NCBI GenBank assembly: GCA_963793265.1
Contig: CAWBZI010000002.1
Coordinates: forward strand, 480,001 to 544,000
Source: an uncultured cyanobacterium
GTDB lineage: Bacteria > Cyanobacteriota > Cyanobacteriia > Phormidesmidales > Phormidesmidaceae
DNA length: 64,000 nucleotides
Reading direction: 5' to 3'
Part shown: piece by piece, positions 60,883 through 64,000 of the stretch
Layout: the number at the start of each line of letters is the position of its first letter
Position numbering within the stretch: the first letter of the stretch is position 1
Translations under genes and position numbers: made by a program
Notes under the pieces: model-generated
What the model saw: only the letters and a program-made list of their open reading frames with translations
What the model was told of the DNA's origin: nothing
Databases searched by the model: none

Positions 60883-61737
60883 CTATTCTTCTGTCGTCAA
60901 ATACAGCTTAGGATTTGGCTTCGGCGCTTCTGCCGCTTCGCCCTGTGGCTCAGGATTCTCAATATACCTAAATTCTCCTTTACCATCAGGCGTAGGCCCT
61001 TTAGCCCATTGACCTTCCTTACTTTCAGTTCCTTCAGAAAGATTCCAGAAAGTATAAGACGCCTCCTGCTTCTCCAAATCTTGAGGGAACTTACTAGGGA
61101 CAGGTAAGCCTTCTAGACCGTCATCTTTAAGTTCTTCAACAGCAGCTAGCCATTGATTTTGGTGCATGGTGTCACGCGCAATCATGTAGCTCAGCGTATC
61201 TTTCACACCAGGATCATCAGATAGCTCATACATCCGCACAGCCTGCAATCTCCCCTGCGCTTCGGCCTGAATGTTGGAATAAAAATCCGCCATCAGGTTA
61301 CCAGAAGCCACAATGTAATTACCATTCCACGGATAGCCAACGCTATCAGCAGGCAGCGCGCCACCACCAGACATTATGGCGTGCTTTGGATTCATGCTCG
61401 CCATAATGATGTCTTCTGTTTTCATGCCGCCCATTACCCCTTCAACAATCGGGTCGAGGGCTGCTTTTTCCTGAGCCTCTATAGGTGCTTTATCGACCAG
61501 GCAGGCAATCAGGTTAGCCAGCATCTCAATATGGCCAATTTCCTCGGTACCAATATCTAGCATCATATCTTTGTACTTAGCCGGGCCGCGACAGTTCCAG
61601 CCTTGAAAGAGATACTGCATCATGACTGACATTTCGCCAAAGGGGCCGCCAATTAGCTCTTGGAGCTGCTTGGCATAGATGGCGTCTGGCTTATCTGGCT
61701 TCGTGAAATATTGAAGCCTTTTCTTGTGGTAAAACAT
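60883..61737 (-). CDS. Manganese catalase family protein
   Basis: GGPFGE, QYLFQG, DIGTEEIGHIE, AEAQGR, ARDTMHQ. Confidence 0.93.
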   Translation of the reverse strand: MFYHKKRLQYFTKPDKPDAIYAKQLQELIGGPFGEMSVMMQYLFQGWNCRGPAKYKDMMLDIGTEEIGHIEMLANLIACLVDKAPIEAQEKAALDPIVEGVMGGMKTEDIIMASMNPKHAIMSGGGALPADSVGYPWNGNYIVASGNLMADFYSNIQAEAQGRLQAVRMYELSDDPGVKDTLSYMIARDTMHQNQWLAAVEELKDDGLEGLPVPSKFPQDLEKQEASYTFWNLSEGTESKEGQWAKGPTPDGKGEFRYIENPEPQGEAAEAPKPNPKLYLTTEE

Positions 61738-62050
61738 TTAGGTTTGTTGTAAGTTCGACAATAGAAAGATGTCGATTGTTGACGACTCTTTCTTTCTGTA
61801 ATGGTGGTCGAAACAACAAAGGCTTTCCTCATCCTAACTCTAGAGCTAGCCGCTAATTCTCTCTTGCTAAAGCGCGAACAGTATGCAATCCAATGGCCGA
61901 CAGTCTAAAAGCGTATGCCAAAAGCGGGCTGAGTCTATCTTTCAGACTATCTCTACCATTGGCGATAGCTCATCTATGCCTATTGTCAGACGAAAAGCGC
62001 GTTTTTTAGGCACTAAAGTGATACCTGTTAAAAGACGAGGAACCCCCTTT

Positions 62051-62443
62051 ATGACGAACCTATTTAGCGCGATTATCGCCAAAGTATCTGCCGCTGCTCG
62101 ATATCTTTTTGGCCTGTGTAGTGCGCGATCGCTTCAACGCTTCGTATCGCTAGCTTTCGTCGGCTTGTTCTTACTCACTACCAGCGTCGATACGGCTGAT
62201 CTTAAGCCTAGCACCAAGGCAATGCTGAACGATATGATTGCGCGGGGTGAAGAAGGTAGGCCCGTAACGACTGGGCAGTGGCAGGCTGAAAACGAAAAGC
62301 TACAGGGTCAGCCCGCTAAGCAAGCTAAAAGAATCGCCAAGGAGTCAGCAGACGCCGTAGGTGAGATGGGCGAAATCTATCCTGGTAATGTTAAGACCCT
62401 GACGCCTGGTTTGGAGAATGAGACGCTAGAGTCTGACGACTAA
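62051..62443 (+). CDS. Hypothetical secreted or membrane-anchored protein
   Basis: ATG at 62051 after GAGG; hydrophobic segment then RPVTTGQWQ...KESADAV; function unknown. Confidence 0.6.
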   Translation: MTNLFSAIIAKVSAAARYLFGLCSARSLQRFVSLAFVGLFLLTTSVDTADLKPSTKAMLNDMIARGEEGRPVTTGQWQAENEKLQGQPAKQAKRIAKESADAVGEMGEIYPGNVKTLTPGLENETLESDD

Positions 62444-62475
62444 ATAAGAGTTGGTCGGTAATAGCGAAATTTGCT

Positions 62476-62798
62476 GCCGGAGGGCGTAAGACCTTACGCC
62501 CCTACAGCATATTCCGTTTCCGTAGGGGCGTAAGGCTTTCATTGGTGTCAACTTAAGCATGTATCCCTTGTGGCGTAAGCTGCTCAGCCCTCATCCTAAA
62601 TCCTTCTCCCGAGGGGAGAAGGACTTCAGAGTCCGGGTTCCCTTCTCCCCTCGGGAAAACGCACTATGCTACCAAGGTGTCACTAAGTTGTGTCTTTAAA
62701 GGGCTAGGGATGAGGGCTACGAAACGTATGCTGAACACCTATGACTGCAAGCATTTCAGCCTTAAGTTGACACCAATGAAGGCTTTGCGCCCTCCGGC
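62476..62798. repeat. Inverted REP doublet whose second REP is split by a MITE
   Basis: REP1 62479-62505 ggagggcgtaagaccttacgcccctac; REP2 gtaggggcgtaaggcttt|gcgccctccggc, reconstructed from 62522-62539 plus 62787-62798. Confidence 0.75.
62540..62778. mobile_element. MITE, 239 bp, 18-bp TIRs, 8-bp target site duplication
   Basis: CATTGGTGTCAACTTAAG ... CTTAAGTTGACACCAATG; AAGGCTTT at 62532-62539 and 62779-62786; no ORF inside. Confidence 0.88.
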
Positions 62799-62830
62799 TG
62801 GCTTTACGACCCCCCCACAAAATCCCAAAA

Positions 62831-63265
62831 TCAATTGACGTGCTTGTCAATAATACGCGCTAGCTCCGGCACAGCAATCACCACATCCTGCTTCACCGAC
62901 TTGCGCAGCTTTTTATAAGAAGCGCCCACAATGCCACCGCCATTATTCGCAATCCGAGCGTCCGTAGCGCTCAAAATAACATCAGCCGTGCGATTGCTAT
63001 TCTCACTCAGATACGTCACCGGATCGCCATGCGCCACGCCCTCTTGCCACATCGGATTGAGCGCCGCCATCGCTTCAGGCAGTAGCCGCTTTACCGCTCC
63101 TGGAATGTAATCACCCCCTAGCCCTTTAACAACGCCATAGGTGGCCTTGAGCGCCATTCCAGACAAGCCGCTCTTAGCCGCCACCTGATCGTCGATCAGG
63201 TGGGTACAGTCTGCGGCAATGCCGTTGCGAATAGCGTTGTCTTTTATCTTGTCGGTGAGTTCCAT
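62831..63265 (-). CDS. Conserved hypothetical protein (DUF6918-like)
   Basis: DCTHLIDDQVAAKSGLSGMALK, LLPE..AL, ADVILSATD, YKKLR, AVPELA. Confidence 0.7.
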   Translation of the reverse strand: MELTDKIKDNAIRNGIAADCTHLIDDQVAAKSGLSGMALKATYGVVKGLGGDYIPGAVKRLLPEAMAALNPMWQEGVAHGDPVTYLSENSNRTADVILSATDARIANNGGGIVGASYKKLRKSVKQDVVIAVPELARIIDKHVN

Positions 63266-63431
63266 ATCAGGTGCGATGATAGCCAGAAAAATATACTATT
63301 CTTTTGAACGCTTCAAGCAAGTAGTAGAATCGTCCGGGAAATTGTGGTGCAAAACGCTTAATAAAGCGCTTGCTGTAAAGACTGATGGACATACCGCTAC
63401 GTTCCCTGACGCATCGCTGACACATGCTCAG

Positions 63432-63893
63432 CTAAACAGGATAGTCCACTCTAAATATTTTCTCAGCCGGTTTAGCCCCTGCCAGCTTGTCCCAGTTAAT
63501 CTCTTCTAAAAACTCTTCAGGCGCGGCAGTTTCTACAACATCTACGCCCCATTCCCCCGTTTGCAGCGATGGCGGTTCGCCAGTGGGCGGGGTTGTCTTT
63601 TCTCCGCCCAGCGCCATCACACAAAAATTGCTTTTCCTGTGAGCTTTGCGGTAGGCCCCTAAAGTCTCTGCGCAAAGTTGGCCTACCGCTTCAGGCGTCA
63701 GCTCACTCGTTTGATAGTGCACCTCAACGACCCAGTGGGGGCTTTCAATCGGGTTGCAGCTCACAGCTGACTTGTCTGCGAGTCCTTTCGTAAAAACGTC
63801 GGCAAATTCTTCTCTGTTTAAAGGATGAACCTCCCCTTCAGTGAGCGCAAAATTGTGAGAGAGCAGCATTCGGCCATCGAGGTTATCTGTCAT
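63432..63893 (-). CDS. DUF2656 family protein
   Basis: RMLLSHNF, PHWVVE, MALGG.K, LQTGEWGVDVVET; ATG at 63893. Confidence 0.8.
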   Translation of the reverse strand: MTDNLDGRMLLSHNFALTEGEVHPLNREEFADVFTKGLADKSAVSCNPIESPHWVVEVHYQTSELTPEAVGQLCAETLGAYRKAHRKSNFCVMALGGEKTTPPTGEPPSLQTGEWGVDVVETAAPEEFLEEINWDKLAGAKPAEKIFRVDYPV

Positions 63894-64000
63894 AGTGAGT
63901 CGTTGGTCAAAAGGTGTACAAAGCCTGTATATACAAGAATTGTGTAATAGCTTATCTGCTTTTGCGCGTCGTGACACCTCCCTAGCGAGACGACCTGCCG

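Noticed and set aside
62476..62798. Possible CRISPR array
   Set aside because: Repeats are inverted and nested, not direct repeats with unique spacers; no cas genes.
1..64000. Very frequent GCGATCGC octamer
   Set aside because: This is the well-known cyanobacterial HIP1 sequence; useful for taxonomy, not novel.

Overview
A 64-kb chromosomal segment from a cyanobacterium. The HIP1 octamer GCGATCGC is abundant, and ndhB, desA, a duplicated-domain cobO and a fraCDE-like septal operon point to a filamentous or filament-derived lineage; a vanadium haloperoxidase hints at a marine habitat. Housekeeping genes (ndhB, topA, murQ, glyS, murD, larE, cobO, infC, desA, ABC-F, phosphoketolase) are interspersed with accessory modules: (1) a sigma-like/DUF1822/CHAT protease/DUF928 cassette; (2) a small ORF behind a ~230-nt leader with mutually exclusive helices that would hide or expose its ribosome-binding region; (3) a controller-REase/MTase cassette with an atypical SDGGY motif, shared operators and a flanking duplicate of the murQ 3' end; (4) a triple-TIR protein coupled to an effector-less nSTAND1-TM-WD40-TPR receptor, the best candidate for an undescribed immune system; (5) two HNH toxin-antitoxin-like pairs; and (6) a nested REP/MITE structure with an 8-bp target duplication. 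No rRNA, tRNA, CRISPR array or transposase gene was recognised. Family assignments come from motif recognition by eye, not database searches.
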